A stretch of 64,000 nt of DNA, taken from an uncultured Methanosarcinales archaeon. GTDB lineage: Archaea; Nanobdellota; Nanobdellia; Woesearchaeales; GW2011-AR9. Below are positions 36,673 through 46,508 of this stretch, in pieces. The notes below the pieces were generated by a model. That model was not told the DNA's origin and searched no databases. It worked only from the letters and a program-made list of their open reading frames with translations. The DNA lies in the NCBI GenBank assembly GCA_964632045.1, contig CAZWBB010000002.1, positions 12,907 to 76,906 of the forward strand. The letters run 5' to 3'. A program made the translations under genes and the position numbers. Position 1 is the stretch's first letter. Every line of letters starts with the position of its first letter.

Positions 36673-36725
36673 TGTATTGTCAAATCTTTAAGTGTTTCTA
36701 TACTGTTCTAGAGAAGAATAAAATA

Positions 36726-36733
36726 TTTAAATA
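36726..36733 (+). promoter_or_regulatory. Archaeal TATA-like box
   Basis: TTTAAATA about 30 nt upstream of ATG 36764. Confidence 0.5.
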
Positions 36734-36763
36734 AACGACCTTTCACAAGAGGGGAGTTTTTTA

Positions 36764-37450
36764 ATGGAAAATACTAAGCATAAGGTGACGGTGGTAATAC
36801 CTGCATTCAATGAGGAAGAGGTTATCGGTGAGACTATTGAAAGGGTGAAACCATTTTGTGATGATATCATTGTTGCCTTGGCAAAACGGTCCAGCGATGG
36901 TACTGCGGATGTTGCCCGTTCTTATGGTGTCAGAGTCATCAGAGATCATGGGAAAGGGAAAGGGGATGGGATGAGGTGTGCAATAAGCTGTATTACGGAA
37001 GGAATTATCGTGTTCATTGATGCTGATGGTTCCCATATTCCGGAAGATATCCCAAAAATTGTCCAGCCTCTTCAGGAAGGAAAAGCTGAGATGGTAATTG
37101 CCTCCCGATTCTTGGGAGGATCAGAGGAGTTGCATGGGGATTTTGAGAAATTCCTCAGGATGTTCTTTTCGATGTGTATTGCGCAGATCATCAACTGGAG
37201 ATTTAAGACTGCAATAATGGACACACAAAATGGCTTTCGGGCAATAAGGGCGGATGTGGCCAGGAAATTGCCGTTAAAGTCTAAGCATACTGAAGTTGAG
37301 ACTGAGATGGACATGAAGTGCTTCCAGAGGGGATACAGGATATTGGAGGTGCCTAGTATGGAACTGTCAAGAGCAGCAGGTGCTTCTAACATTTCTTTAT
37401 GGAAGCATGGCTGGCGTTATGCTTGGACCGTGTTTGAGAATTTATTTTAA
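36764..37450 (+). CDS. GT2 polyprenol-phosphate glycosyltransferase (DPM1-like)
   Basis: IPAFNEE, SSDGT, GKGDG, IDADGSH, ASRF, DTQNGFRA. Confidence 0.9.
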   Translation: MENTKHKVTVVIPAFNEEEVIGETIERVKPFCDDIIVALAKRSSDGTADVARSYGVRVIRDHGKGKGDGMRCAISCITEGIIVFIDADGSHIPEDIPKIVQPLQEGKAEMVIASRFLGGSEELHGDFEKFLRMFFSMCIAQIINWRFKTAIMDTQNGFRAIRADVARKLPLKSKHTEVETEMDMKCFQRGYRILEVPSMELSRAAGASNISLWKHGWRYAWTVFENLF

Positions 37451-37457
37451 TGTGACA

Positions 37458-38834
37458 ATGAAAGTCTTAATATTGAATCCACCTACAGAGGATGTGCGCT
37501 TTAGTAGGGATGGGAGATGCCAGAGCGAGGAAAATACATGGCTGGATACCTTCCCCCCGACTACTTTTGCCAGCATAGCTGGTGTGGTAAGGGAAAAATA
37601 TCCCATCAAAGTGATTGATTGTATGGGAGATAAGATTTCTTTTGATAAGTGTATGAGGATGGTCGAGTTCTTTCAGCCGAATTTTACCATAATCAATACT
37701 TCCACTCCAACGATAGTGAACGACATGAATGTCGCTCAGGCTATCAAAGATAGGACCGGGTCTAAGATTATAAGTTATGGGGAACATATCACTGCCCGGT
37801 ATGAGAAGATGATAGAAGAGTTTCCCCAATTGGATTTTGCGGTTCTGGGTGAACCTGAAACTCCTATTATGAGCATACTATCCGGTAAATCTGAAGTGAA
37901 AGGTGTTGCTACGAGAGATTTTTGTGGTGGGATCTGGCAGGAACCGGACCTGGATAAACTCCCTTTCCCCGCTTATGATCTATTACCGGCCTACCAATAT
38001 CCTATGACTGGAGAGAAATGGACTTTTATGAGGAGCGGCAGGGGATGTCCTTATCGTTGCACATATTGTGTAATGTCAATGATGTCAAACCGGAATGTCC
38101 GATATCATTCTGTTGATTATATGATAAAGCAGATAAACTGGCTGGTGCATGATCTGGACATAAAGTTATATATGTTCTGGGATGAATTGTCAACTTTTGA
38201 TAAGCAGAGGATGTTGGACCTTTGCCAGAAGATGATTAATACGGGCTTGCATAAGAAGTGTAAGTGGTTCTGTACTACTCGGGTGGATTGTTTTGATGAT
38301 GAGCTTGCCAAATGGATGAGTGCTGCTGGGTGCAGGATGATCAGTTTTGGTGTTGAGTCTGGTTCGCAGGAAGTGTTGAACAGGAATAAGAAAGGTATTA
38401 GAATTGAGCAGTCGATCAATGCGGTCAAGTCTGCGAAAAAGTATGGCCTGAAGACAATCGGCCATTTTGTTGTTGGCTTACCAGGGTCAACCCCCGAATC
38501 AGAGAAGGAGACGATCAGGCTATCAAAAAAGCTTAAGCTGAATTTTGCGCAGTTTTATGTGGCAACTCCCTTTCCAGGAAGTGAGTTCTACAAAGATGCT
38601 GTCAAAGAAGGCTGGTTTGTCAATAAAGGGTGGGACAAAGTTGAACAAGGGACCGTTGCTGTATCCTATCCGGGTTTTTCTGCGGAAGACATCAAAAGGT
38701 GGAAAGACAAGGCCTACGTTAATTTCTATTTCAGGCCGTACGCTGTTTACTCTTTACTCACTAACATTTCATTGCAGAGATTATTAAGTGTCCCAAAGTA
38801 TGTCATAAATTTCTTTGGTTGGATGAAAAAATGA
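37458..38834 (+). CDS. B12-binding radical SAM protein
   Basis: MKVLILNPP N-terminus, B12-binding-like region, GRGCPYRCTYC (CxxxCxxC), FGVESG. Start ATG 37458 preferred to 37380. Confidence 0.88.
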   Translation: MKVLILNPPTEDVRFSRDGRCQSEENTWLDTFPPTTFASIAGVVREKYPIKVIDCMGDKISFDKCMRMVEFFQPNFTIINTSTPTIVNDMNVAQAIKDRTGSKIISYGEHITARYEKMIEEFPQLDFAVLGEPETPIMSILSGKSEVKGVATRDFCGGIWQEPDLDKLPFPAYDLLPAYQYPMTGEKWTFMRSGRGCPYRCTYCVMSMMSNRNVRYHSVDYMIKQINWLVHDLDIKLYMFWDELSTFDKQRMLDLCQKMINTGLHKKCKWFCTTRVDCFDDELAKWMSAAGCRMISFGVESGSQEVLNRNKKGIRIEQSINAVKSAKKYGLKTIGHFVVGLPGSTPESEKETIRLSKKLKLNFAQFYVATPFPGSEFYKDAVKEGWFVNKGWDKVEQGTVAVSYPGFSAEDIKRWKDKAYVNFYFRPYAVYSLLTNISLQRLLSVPKYVINFFGWMKK

Positions 38835-39529
38835 CTGACTTGATTGAGGAGCATTTCGATTGCATTGCTAAAGAGTATGATAGTTATAAAAAGAAGAATT
38901 GGTACTATTACTCCTGGCTCAAGAAGCTTTATGGAGATCTGATTCCAGATGCGAGCAAGGTGAATATCTTGGAGATTGGATGTGGTACGGGAGATATTCT
39001 GGCTTCACTCAATCCTTTGCAGGGTGTAGGGGTAGACGTAAGTGCAAAGATGATAGAGATTGCGAAAGAGAAGCATGGAAATAGTCCTAATCTTGAATTC
39101 TTCAAAATGGCTGCCGAGGATCTCACGCTCAAGCAGAAATTTGATTATATCATTTTGGTGGATGTGATTGAGCATCTGCGGAGTGTAGAAGATACGGTAA
39201 GGGCGTTACGCAAAATCTCGGGGGAAGGTACAAGGATAATCATATCCATGGCCAATCCCTTTTGGGAGCCTTTGCTGCTCGTTGCAGAAAAACTGAAGTT
39301 GAAGATGCCCGAAGGCGAACATTACAGGATCGAATATGAAGAGTTGAAAAGGATTTTGAAAAAGAACGGATTTCGGATCCGCTTTCGAGGTCACAGATTA
39401 TTGGTCCCAAAGAAAGTTGTATTCAGTGATGCAGTTAATCAATCATTCTACAAAATCCCTTTCATCCGTAAGATGGGCCTGGTGGAGTTTATGGCTATCC
39501 AAAGGGATGTTACTGGAGAAAATGGATGA
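38831..39529 (+). CDS. Class I SAM-dependent methyltransferase
   Basis: LEIGCGTG, GVDVS, DVIEHL; ATG overlaps the upstream stop (ATGA). Confidence 0.88.
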   Translation: MTDLIEEHFDCIAKEYDSYKKKNWYYYSWLKKLYGDLIPDASKVNILEIGCGTGDILASLNPLQGVGVDVSAKMIEIAKEKHGNSPNLEFFKMAAEDLTLKQKFDYIILVDVIEHLRSVEDTVRALRKISGEGTRIIISMANPFWEPLLLVAEKLKLKMPEGEHYRIEYEELKRILKKNGFRIRFRGHRLLVPKKVVFSDAVNQSFYKIPFIRKMGLVEFMAIQRDVTGENG

Positions 39530-39544
39530 GTAGCATTAGTCCTG

Positions 39545-41518
39545 GTGAAAATAAACATGAACATTAGGAAAGTATTTTTGGTAATTTGTTTTTTGTTACT
39601 GTTGTTGATCAGGTTGGTATACCTAGATGCAGACCCTTCTTTTGTAAAGAGAGTGGGAGATCTGGCTGATGAGGGAGTGTGGGCTCACAATGCCAGAAAT
39701 TTTGTTCTATTTGGTCAGCCTATTATTGATGACTTCACCCAACCCCTCTTTGCCGTTCCGCTAAATACTCTATCTCACATTTTTTCCTTTAAGCTCTTCG
39801 GAGTGGGTTTGGCCCAGGCCAGAATCACTTCTGTTCTTGCCGGATGGCTGACATTGGTGTTCCTATTTGTTTTCCTTTCCAAAGCCTGGAACAGGAAAGC
39901 AGCTATAATCTGTGTATTAATTTTGGGATTGAACAATGCTTTTTTTACCTATAACCGGCTGGCAATAAATGTTTCCTTACTTAGCTTGTTCCTCTTGTTG
40001 AGTTTTATTTGTTGGCACAAAGGCAGAGATAATCGTTTTTTCTTTCTGCTGTCAGGAATATGTTTTGGTCTTGCTGTCCTTTCTAAGGTAACTGCAATAT
40101 ATTCTGGACTAGCTTTTCTGCTTTTGTGGTTGTTTGAATACGTAAGGAAAGAGATCAAGCTACGGAACATATTTTTATTCTGTTTCGCAGCACCGATTCC
40201 GATTATACCTTATTTGTTGTATCTCCATAAGAACTGGGGGTTGATATCAATCAACTTCAATGCATTGAGTAATTATGGTATCTTACACAAAGTAATCCCC
40301 AATTTTTTTCGGTTATTGGCGAACAATTTTTTTGGGCTACCTACGGTCTGGATCCTGATAGTCTTAACCGTCCTTTTCTTGATCAAGAAGAATAGGTTTG
40401 ATGTAAAATCTCTTGATTTTGTCAGTATGATGTCAATAAGCTGGCTGTTTGGCATATTGGTTTCGCTCATTTTCAGCGACCTTCACGATAGAAGATTCTT
40501 CAGTCTGGTCATCCCGTTGGCTATTTTGAGCACAAAACTGATACTGGAGAGAGATGCAATCGACTTCACTTTGGTATTTAGCAGATTTAAACAGAAGATT
40601 GCGAGAATACGGTTCTGGGGAAAACTGATGTACGCATTACTTCTGTCCGTACCCGTGGTTAGCCTAGTTATCCCTATCACAACTCTGGCTTCCGGCCAAT
40701 CGATTGAAAAATATGGGGGGATTAATGGAATAGCAATAACTCTGTTTTTTGGAACAGCGATGTCAATACTGTTTTTATTTTATCTGTTCAAAAACGATTC
40801 GCAAGGAAGATTTATCCATTTTCTCATTCTGTCTAATGTCTTATTGCTTATGGTCATACCTGCATTGACTTTAGTACGAAATTTCTCTACACACCTGGCA
40901 ATCATCACTTCTACGATGGACAAAGAACTGTTTTATATGTTTACTTTTGCTTTAGTTCTGATGTTAATCATGTTCTTCTATTTATTCTCTACTTTTGTGA
41001 AAAGAGAATTATTGGTTATAGGGCCTCATTTGATCTTTCTGATTGCAGTTTTCTATTTTATAGTTACTATCTCACTCATCGGATTGACTTTAGTTGCTCC
41101 TTCATACAGCGTCATTGAAGAATCCCATTCTCTTGATCTGATAATAGGACCTGACCGGTATCTAGCTAGTTCTGCTCCACATTACCTGTCCATGGAGAGT
41201 AGGTATTTCCCTGTTTTTCTGGCAAAGGACAGATACGTACCGATTAACCGGAATTTTGATAAGAATAAGATCAACTATGTAACAACCAGAGAAACAGTTA
41301 ATGGCAGACCAGTCTCTGGAAAACCTTATGTGGATCCAGAAGATTTCCAGAATGTTAAGCTGGTGAAAAGAATTAAATTGTTCCCATACCCATTTACCGA
41401 CAAATATCGGAAGACCATGCTACTTTTCAGCGTGGAGGGATACGGGGGGAACGTTCCTTCAGGAAGGAAAAACACGATTTTCAGCAGTAAGTATTCTGTA
41501 TTTAGTGATGAAAGATGA
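39545..41518 (+). CDS. GT-C membrane glycosyltransferase (ArnT/PMT-like)
   Basis: DEGVWAHNAR in the first loop, ARITS, LAVLSK, many TM helices. Confidence 0.78.
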   Translation: MKINMNIRKVFLVICFLLLLLIRLVYLDADPSFVKRVGDLADEGVWAHNARNFVLFGQPIIDDFTQPLFAVPLNTLSHIFSFKLFGVGLAQARITSVLAGWLTLVFLFVFLSKAWNRKAAIICVLILGLNNAFFTYNRLAINVSLLSLFLLLSFICWHKGRDNRFFFLLSGICFGLAVLSKVTAIYSGLAFLLLWLFEYVRKEIKLRNIFLFCFAAPIPIIPYLLYLHKNWGLISINFNALSNYGILHKVIPNFFRLLANNFFGLPTVWILIVLTVLFLIKKNRFDVKSLDFVSMMSISWLFGILVSLIFSDLHDRRFFSLVIPLAILSTKLILERDAIDFTLVFSRFKQKIARIRFWGKLMYALLLSVPVVSLVIPITTLASGQSIEKYGGINGIAITLFFGTAMSILFLFYLFKNDSQGRFIHFLILSNVLLLMVIPALTLVRNFSTHLAIITSTMDKELFYMFTFALVLMLIMFFYLFSTFVKRELLVIGPHLIFLIAVFYFIVTISLIGLTLVAPSYSVIEESHSLDLIIGPDRYLASSAPHYLSMESRYFPVFLAKDRYVPINRNFDKNKINYVTTRETVNGRPVSGKPYVDPEDFQNVKLVKRIKLFPYPFTDKYRKTMLLFSVEGYGGNVPSGRKNTIFSSKYSVFSDER

Positions 41519-41521
41519 TAG

Positions 41522-42835
41522 TCATTGCCAGTTGCGAAGGAGGTGAGTTGTGACAAACTCAACGGTTGTTGTAGAATCCTTTTTTTCATCAGTTGATTTA
41601 AGTTCCAGTGAATAATCAAATTTTCTGAATATCTTCATTTGCCTTTCTAGTTCGTTCACTGATTCTTCTGGTCGTCTGTTGTGAAGGATTTCGGGAGAGT
41701 TGTACAGGAAAATTGATATTGAAGGTTTTGGGAAGAGGGACAAAAAGATTCGCTTGAGCCAAAAAGGAGCATTCTCCATCAGGATAATGTCAGAGCAGTA
41801 GCGGTCTGTGATTACAATATTTCTATGAAACCTTTTAGGTAGGATGCGGAAGATATAGCGTAAGTACAGGTCCAAGGTAAATATGGGAGCGGCGAGTGTG
41901 TACAGCAGTTTCCTTCTGTTACTTTTACCCTTTTTTTTCCGTTCATCTTTCTTTCTTTCTAGTCCTTCTCCCCGTAAGCCGTCGCGTATTTTCTCTCTTC
42001 TTTTGTATTTCCGGCCAATTACAGTGATGGGTAAGATGTGGTCCCTTCCCCGACCGGTGTAGATGATGTGCGTTTTTCTCCCACTCTTGACCAGATGGCT
42101 GTTCAACGCATTTACCATCGTAGATTTTCCAGCTCCGTCTGGTCCCACGATACTAATCAGGGGGCCTAGATCAAAAGGATTCTTCCTTTGTCTCATCCAA
42201 CGGAAGAAGAGTGGAATGAAAATAAACAGGCGTCCACGTTTAAGAATGTATCTAGTTAGAATTGGGTACGGTTTTATTTTTGAGTATTCATTATTCCTGA
42301 CGGCGATCATCAGATCTTTGGCTGTTCTGTTATTGAATATTTTTGTAAGCTTTTTGTAGACAACTTTCTCATCAACTTTTAGTGAAGACAAGATCTTTTG
42401 GTATTTAGGTTTGAAGAACCTCTTGCCTAAGATAGAATGGACAAGGAGCATGACATAAGTGTCATTGTCTGAGGGGACATAGAAAAATTCTTTCTTGGTC
42501 CTATTGGTTAGGATGCATTCACCAAGGTAACGCATATCATTCCAGTGAACTCCTCCCACCTGGATGTCAAAACTGACTTTTTCCAAGTTGACAAGGGTGA
42601 AGTATGCTTTGTGTGTCAGCGAGAACTGCTGTGTTCTTTGAGTGAATCCCATTCCATTAAGAATCTTGTCAACTTCAGGCAAATCTTCTTTGGCAATCAA
42701 AGTGTCCATGCTTTCAATGTCTTCAGGAATTCCTTCCCTAAGGAGGAATTCATAGTTCCGCAAGATGCAATATTGAATTCCTTGTTTGTTGAATTCTGTA
42801 AGCACTTGTCTAATGAATTCAATTCTTTGTGTCAT
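41522..42835 (-). CDS. Nucleotidyltransferase-fold + thymidylate-kinase-like P-loop fusion (copy 2)
   Basis: YCILRNY...SMDTLI...FDIQ...PSDNDTYVMLLVH; IVGPDGAGKST, TDRY, PKPSISIFL. Confidence 0.72.
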   Translation of the reverse strand: MTQRIEFIRQVLTEFNKQGIQYCILRNYEFLLREGIPEDIESMDTLIAKEDLPEVDKILNGMGFTQRTQQFSLTHKAYFTLVNLEKVSFDIQVGGVHWNDMRYLGECILTNRTKKEFFYVPSDNDTYVMLLVHSILGKRFFKPKYQKILSSLKVDEKVVYKKLTKIFNNRTAKDLMIAVRNNEYSKIKPYPILTRYILKRGRLFIFIPLFFRWMRQRKNPFDLGPLISIVGPDGAGKSTMVNALNSHLVKSGRKTHIIYTGRGRDHILPITVIGRKYKRREKIRDGLRGEGLERKKDERKKKGKSNRRKLLYTLAAPIFTLDLYLRYIFRILPKRFHRNIVITDRYCSDIILMENAPFWLKRIFLSLFPKPSISIFLYNSPEILHNRRPEESVNELERQMKIFRKFDYSLELKSTDEKKDSTTTVEFVTTHLLRNWQ

Positions 42836-43338
42836 TTTCTCTGGTGGTTTGCAGTCTGTATAAAAGGTTTGTTAAGCCGTGAGTTGAAATGTTTTTTCAA
42901 CAATACTATTCCCATATAGAACAATACTGCAGGGATCAGGATATAATAAGATTGTTCCGGCCAGACCAAGCTAAGGCCGATCCTCTGGGTTGAGAATGGA
43001 TAAAGCCACCTGATACCGCTGGGTTGCAAGTGGCGTAGCAGGCTGTCAGCGATGAAATGGGAGAGTGTACCAAGATTCAGGAGCAAGACGACTTTTTTAT
43101 AATCATATCTGAATAATGGGGCTACAATAAGCGTCAGCAAGAAAAGGACGAAAGGGATGTGCGAGGCCTTGAACAGTGAAAGATTGAGATCAGGTAAGGG
43201 GATGAGCAAGCGTAGCAGGACCAGTTTGGGAAGTATGTCTGGAAGCAATGTTCCAAGAAGCACAAGACTGCCTTTGCGGATGCTGAACAACTCTATCAGC
43301 ACCAGACCGATTACTACATGAGTGAGCCAGTCAGGCAC
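42832..43338 (-). CDS. Membrane metal-dependent hydrolase (YdjM-like)
   Basis: TH, LPDI, SHFIAD, LYPF motifs with TM helices. Confidence 0.75.
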   Translation of the reverse strand: MPDWLTHVVIGLVLIELFSIRKGSLVLLGTLLPDILPKLVLLRLLIPLPDLNLSLFKASHIPFVLFLLTLIVAPLFRYDYKKVVLLLNLGTLSHFIADSLLRHLQPSGIRWLYPFSTQRIGLSLVWPEQSYYILIPAVLFYMGIVLLKKHFNSRLNKPFIQTANHQRK

Positions 43339-43768
43339 TTTCGATTCCCCTCCTGGTTATTTTCCATTCTTTCAGGAAACATGCCAGGACAAAGATACCC
43401 GCCAAAAAAGAAAGGATGTAGATGACATAATTATAATCATAATTGTGTACTGCTAATGCTTGGATATGGCCTTCCTTTTTTACAACTCCATGCACACCAA
43501 TCTCTCCAAACCGTGGAGGCTCATGTTCTTTCTGGTAATGGACGGAAATCTTTTGTTTATTGTAGATGATAGAGAAACCTTCTTCTGATGGTTCCCCATA
43601 AGGGGCCAGGAATGTCTTTATAACACCATCTAGTTTCTCTGGCTGCTGAGAGAATTTTTTGGTGAAAAATTTTTTTGTTTCTGTCCCGGACTGGAAATGA
43701 AGAAGAGTGAGGACAAAAAGGCAGATCACTAGTATGTACCAAATCCTCTTGAGCGTTTTTGTGTTCAT
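43331..43768 (-). CDS. Hypothetical membrane protein (2 TM flanking a small beta-rich domain)
   Basis: Operonic overlap with both neighbours; hydrophobic N- and C-terminal segments. Confidence 0.65.
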   Translation of the reverse strand: MNTKTLKRIWYILVICLFVLTLLHFQSGTETKKFFTKKFSQQPEKLDGVIKTFLAPYGEPSEEGFSIIYNKQKISVHYQKEHEPPRFGEIGVHGVVKKEGHIQALAVHNYDYNYVIYILSFLAGIFVLACFLKEWKITRRGIESA

Positions 43769-43786
43769 GGTCCAAATTTATTTATC

Positions 43787-45268
43787 CTATCTAGCAAGCT
43801 TTAAATAATGTTTAATCTCTCTGTAATCCACCACTTTCAGTATTGATACTAACAAAAAGTATACTATCCCGGCGATCAGTGCAGAGATGGATATCTCTAG
43901 CCAGGTGTTAAGATGAAGTGATTTCTCAACAAGCCAGAGCATCCCTAGGAAAGCCAAGGCTGGAAACAGCAGCGTCAACCATTCTTTGATGGGAAATTTT
44001 GATCCAATGTAACCCGTGGCTTTATAGGTGGATGTAATCAGCATAATTAAGTAGCTGATGGAGGTAGAAAAGGCTGCTCCGAGGATTCCAAAACGGGGAA
44101 TGAGTAGGAGATTGAGCAGAACGTTGAAAAGTGCAGCGGATAGAATAATTGCTGTGACTGTTTTTGGTTTGCCAATTCCTGCGATTAAGTTGTTGTTTAC
44201 TGCAGCAACTACATAGAATGTTACTCCCACCAACAGGATCTGAAAAGCCGGAGTCCCTGAAGAATAGTTTGACCCAAACAGGGTGGAGATAAGGAACTTA
44301 GCAAAGAATATTGCTGTGACCATTATGGGGATGATCGTCACGAAAACGTACCGGTGCAGTAAATTCAGTCCTTGGGAAAGCCTTTTCTTCTCATTCTTTG
44401 CCCATAATTCAGAGGACATGGGAAAAAGGATGGAACTGAGGGCCCTGCTGAAAAAGAGAAATATCAATGCAGAGGGCAGGACGACATTGTAGACGCCCAC
44501 TTCGGTGAGGGTACCAAAATAGGTGAGGATCAATGTATCAATGTATCCAATAATCTTCCCTCCTACTGATGTTGCAAATACAGGAATCCCAAAAGTGAAC
44601 ATTTTTTTTGTAATTCCTGAGAAATTGTTTACTTTGTACTTGAAGAACCTGAACTTGCGTAGAACAAAAGGTAGGTATATGAGAAATAGGAGTGGGCATA
44701 CAAGAGCGTAAGCGAATACTGGTGCAAATACAGTGTACCCTAAGTAGAAAAAGAGCAAAAGCAGCAGGAGGACGATAAGGTTCTTTAACAATTCAACAGA
44801 GGAGAACAAGACCATCAATTGTAAGCCCTGGAAGATTTGCCTGGCCAGGATGAAGAGGATACTGAACAGAACATAAACTATGAGAATCTTAAGGATGATT
44901 GATGCTAGGGGGCTATCAAAGTAGTGTTGGCCAAGATATCTTGAAAAGATGAAAAAGAATGCTCCAAAGATCAATGAACTTCCGAATTGGAACAAGAATG
45001 CTGAGGTGATGGCTGTCTTTATTTCATTATACTTTTTTTGAACTTTGAATTCGGGGATGTATTTGGCTAAAGCCTGTCCCAGTCCAAGATCTCTGAAGAA
45101 CAGGAAGAAAATTACGAAAGTAAACACTGCAAAGAACAACCCATACTCCTCCGGAGACATGTTCCTTGCAAGCACAATTCTTGTTAGGTAAGCTACTACG
45201 GATGCCAGAACACTTATAATTAAAGTAATGCCTGCTCCTCTGACAGCTCTTCTGAAATATTTGGACAT
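43787..45268 (-). CDS. Flippase (Wzx/MOP-family polysaccharide exporter)
   Basis: About 12-14 TM, EEYGLF, DLGLGQAL, YIDTLIL, EVGVYN, GILGAAFST. Confidence 0.9.
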   Translation of the reverse strand: MSKYFRRAVRGAGITLIISVLASVVAYLTRIVLARNMSPEEYGLFFAVFTFVIFFLFFRDLGLGQALAKYIPEFKVQKKYNEIKTAITSAFLFQFGSSLIFGAFFFIFSRYLGQHYFDSPLASIILKILIVYVLFSILFILARQIFQGLQLMVLFSSVELLKNLIVLLLLLLFFYLGYTVFAPVFAYALVCPLLFLIYLPFVLRKFRFFKYKVNNFSGITKKMFTFGIPVFATSVGGKIIGYIDTLILTYFGTLTEVGVYNVVLPSALIFLFFSRALSSILFPMSSELWAKNEKKRLSQGLNLLHRYVFVTIIPIMVTAIFFAKFLISTLFGSNYSSGTPAFQILLVGVTFYVVAAVNNNLIAGIGKPKTVTAIILSAALFNVLLNLLLIPRFGILGAAFSTSISYLIMLITSTYKATGYIGSKFPIKEWLTLLFPALAFLGMLWLVEKSLHLNTWLEISISALIAGIVYFLLVSILKVVDYREIKHYLKLAR

Positions 45269-45364
45269 ATGGAGATTTCTCGATAATTCTGCTTTTAAAA
45301 TTAATGCAATACAGATATTCTTCCATCCGTGGATAGAACTCTCTTATATTGACGAATACAAAAA

Positions 45365-45372
45365 TTTATATA
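45365..45372 (+). promoter_or_regulatory. Archaeal TATA-like box
   Basis: TTTATATA 23 nt upstream of ATG 45396. Confidence 0.55.
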
Positions 45373-45395
45373 GTAGGCACTGCAGGAATCAACCC

Positions 45396-46508
45396 ATGAT
45401 AAAGATACCCGTTGGGGCGCCATATTTTGACGAAGAAGAGGTACAGCAGGCAACAGGAGTGATGAGATCTGGTTGGATTGCGCGGGGCAAAGAGGTTGGG
45501 TTGTTTGAAGAGGGATTATCTCGTTACCTGGGAGTCAAACAGGTTGTAACTGTGAACTCAGGGACCGCTGCATTGGAAGTTGCCTTGAGAGCATTAGGAA
45601 TCAAGGGTAAAGAGGTCATTACAACCGCCACGTCCTGTTCCCCAACAGCGAATGCAATCATCCATTCGGGTAACAGGCCAGTGATGGTAGATGTTTCTAT
45701 GAAGGATTATAACATTGATGTTGAGCAGATTGGAAAAGCGATTACTCCCGCTACTGGAGCAATACTTCCAGTACACATATATGGTCGGCCGGCGGAGATG
45801 GACAAGATTTTGCAGTTGGCTGATACGCATGAATTACCTGTTGTGGAGGATTGCGCTCAGTCAATGGGAGCAAAATTTAAGGGAAAACTGACTGGGACAT
45901 TCGGTAAAGCTGGCTGTTTCTCTTTGAATATTAACAAAATCATCACTACGGGGGAAGGGGGTTTTATCGCTACAAATGATGATGAAGTGGCAGAAAATAT
46001 TAAGATCATCCGTAACTATGGCCGGGACCCTTCAGGGTCAGACTACTGTTATACTCTCTTTGGACACAATTTCAAGTTCACCAATCTTCAGGCTGCTATC
46101 GGACTGGCTCAGCTAGAGAAGATAAGTGATCTGATAAAAGCAAGACGTGAAAATGTGAGCTTCATGTGTGGCCTTCTGCGTGAGGTTGAGGGGATTGTCC
46201 TGCCTGGCGAGACTGAGAATGAATTTGCGGTTTTCTTCAGCTTTACTGTACTGCTGAGGAACCCGGGGATACGTGATCGATTGAAAGAATTCTTGGAAAA
46301 TAAATGTATAGAAGTTCGTACCATGTTCCGGCCGATGTGTGATCAACCTTATTATAAGCGATTGTATGGAGAAAGACAGATTCCTCTTCCAAACGCTGAA
46401 TTCCTTGGAGAAAATGGGCTATATGTGGGTTGCTACCCAGGTATGAACAGAGAGCAGATGGAACATATTGCAGTAAGTATAAAGGGGGGATTAAATGCCA
46501 TTAGGTAA
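45396..46508 (+). CDS. DegT/DnrJ/EryC1/StrS aminotransferase
   Basis: NSGTAAL, EDCAQSMG, FSLNINKIITTGEGG. Start ATG 45396; the 45228 extension overlaps the divergent flippase. Confidence 0.9.
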   Translation: MIKIPVGAPYFDEEEVQQATGVMRSGWIARGKEVGLFEEGLSRYLGVKQVVTVNSGTAALEVALRALGIKGKEVITTATSCSPTANAIIHSGNRPVMVDVSMKDYNIDVEQIGKAITPATGAILPVHIYGRPAEMDKILQLADTHELPVVEDCAQSMGAKFKGKLTGTFGKAGCFSLNINKIITTGEGGFIATNDDEVAENIKIIRNYGRDPSGSDYCYTLFGHNFKFTNLQAAIGLAQLEKISDLIKARRENVSFMCGLLREVEGIVLPGETENEFAVFFSFTVLLRNPGIRDRLKEFLENKCIEVRTMFRPMCDQPYYKRLYGERQIPLPNAEFLGENGLYVGCYPGMNREQMEHIAVSIKGGLNAIR

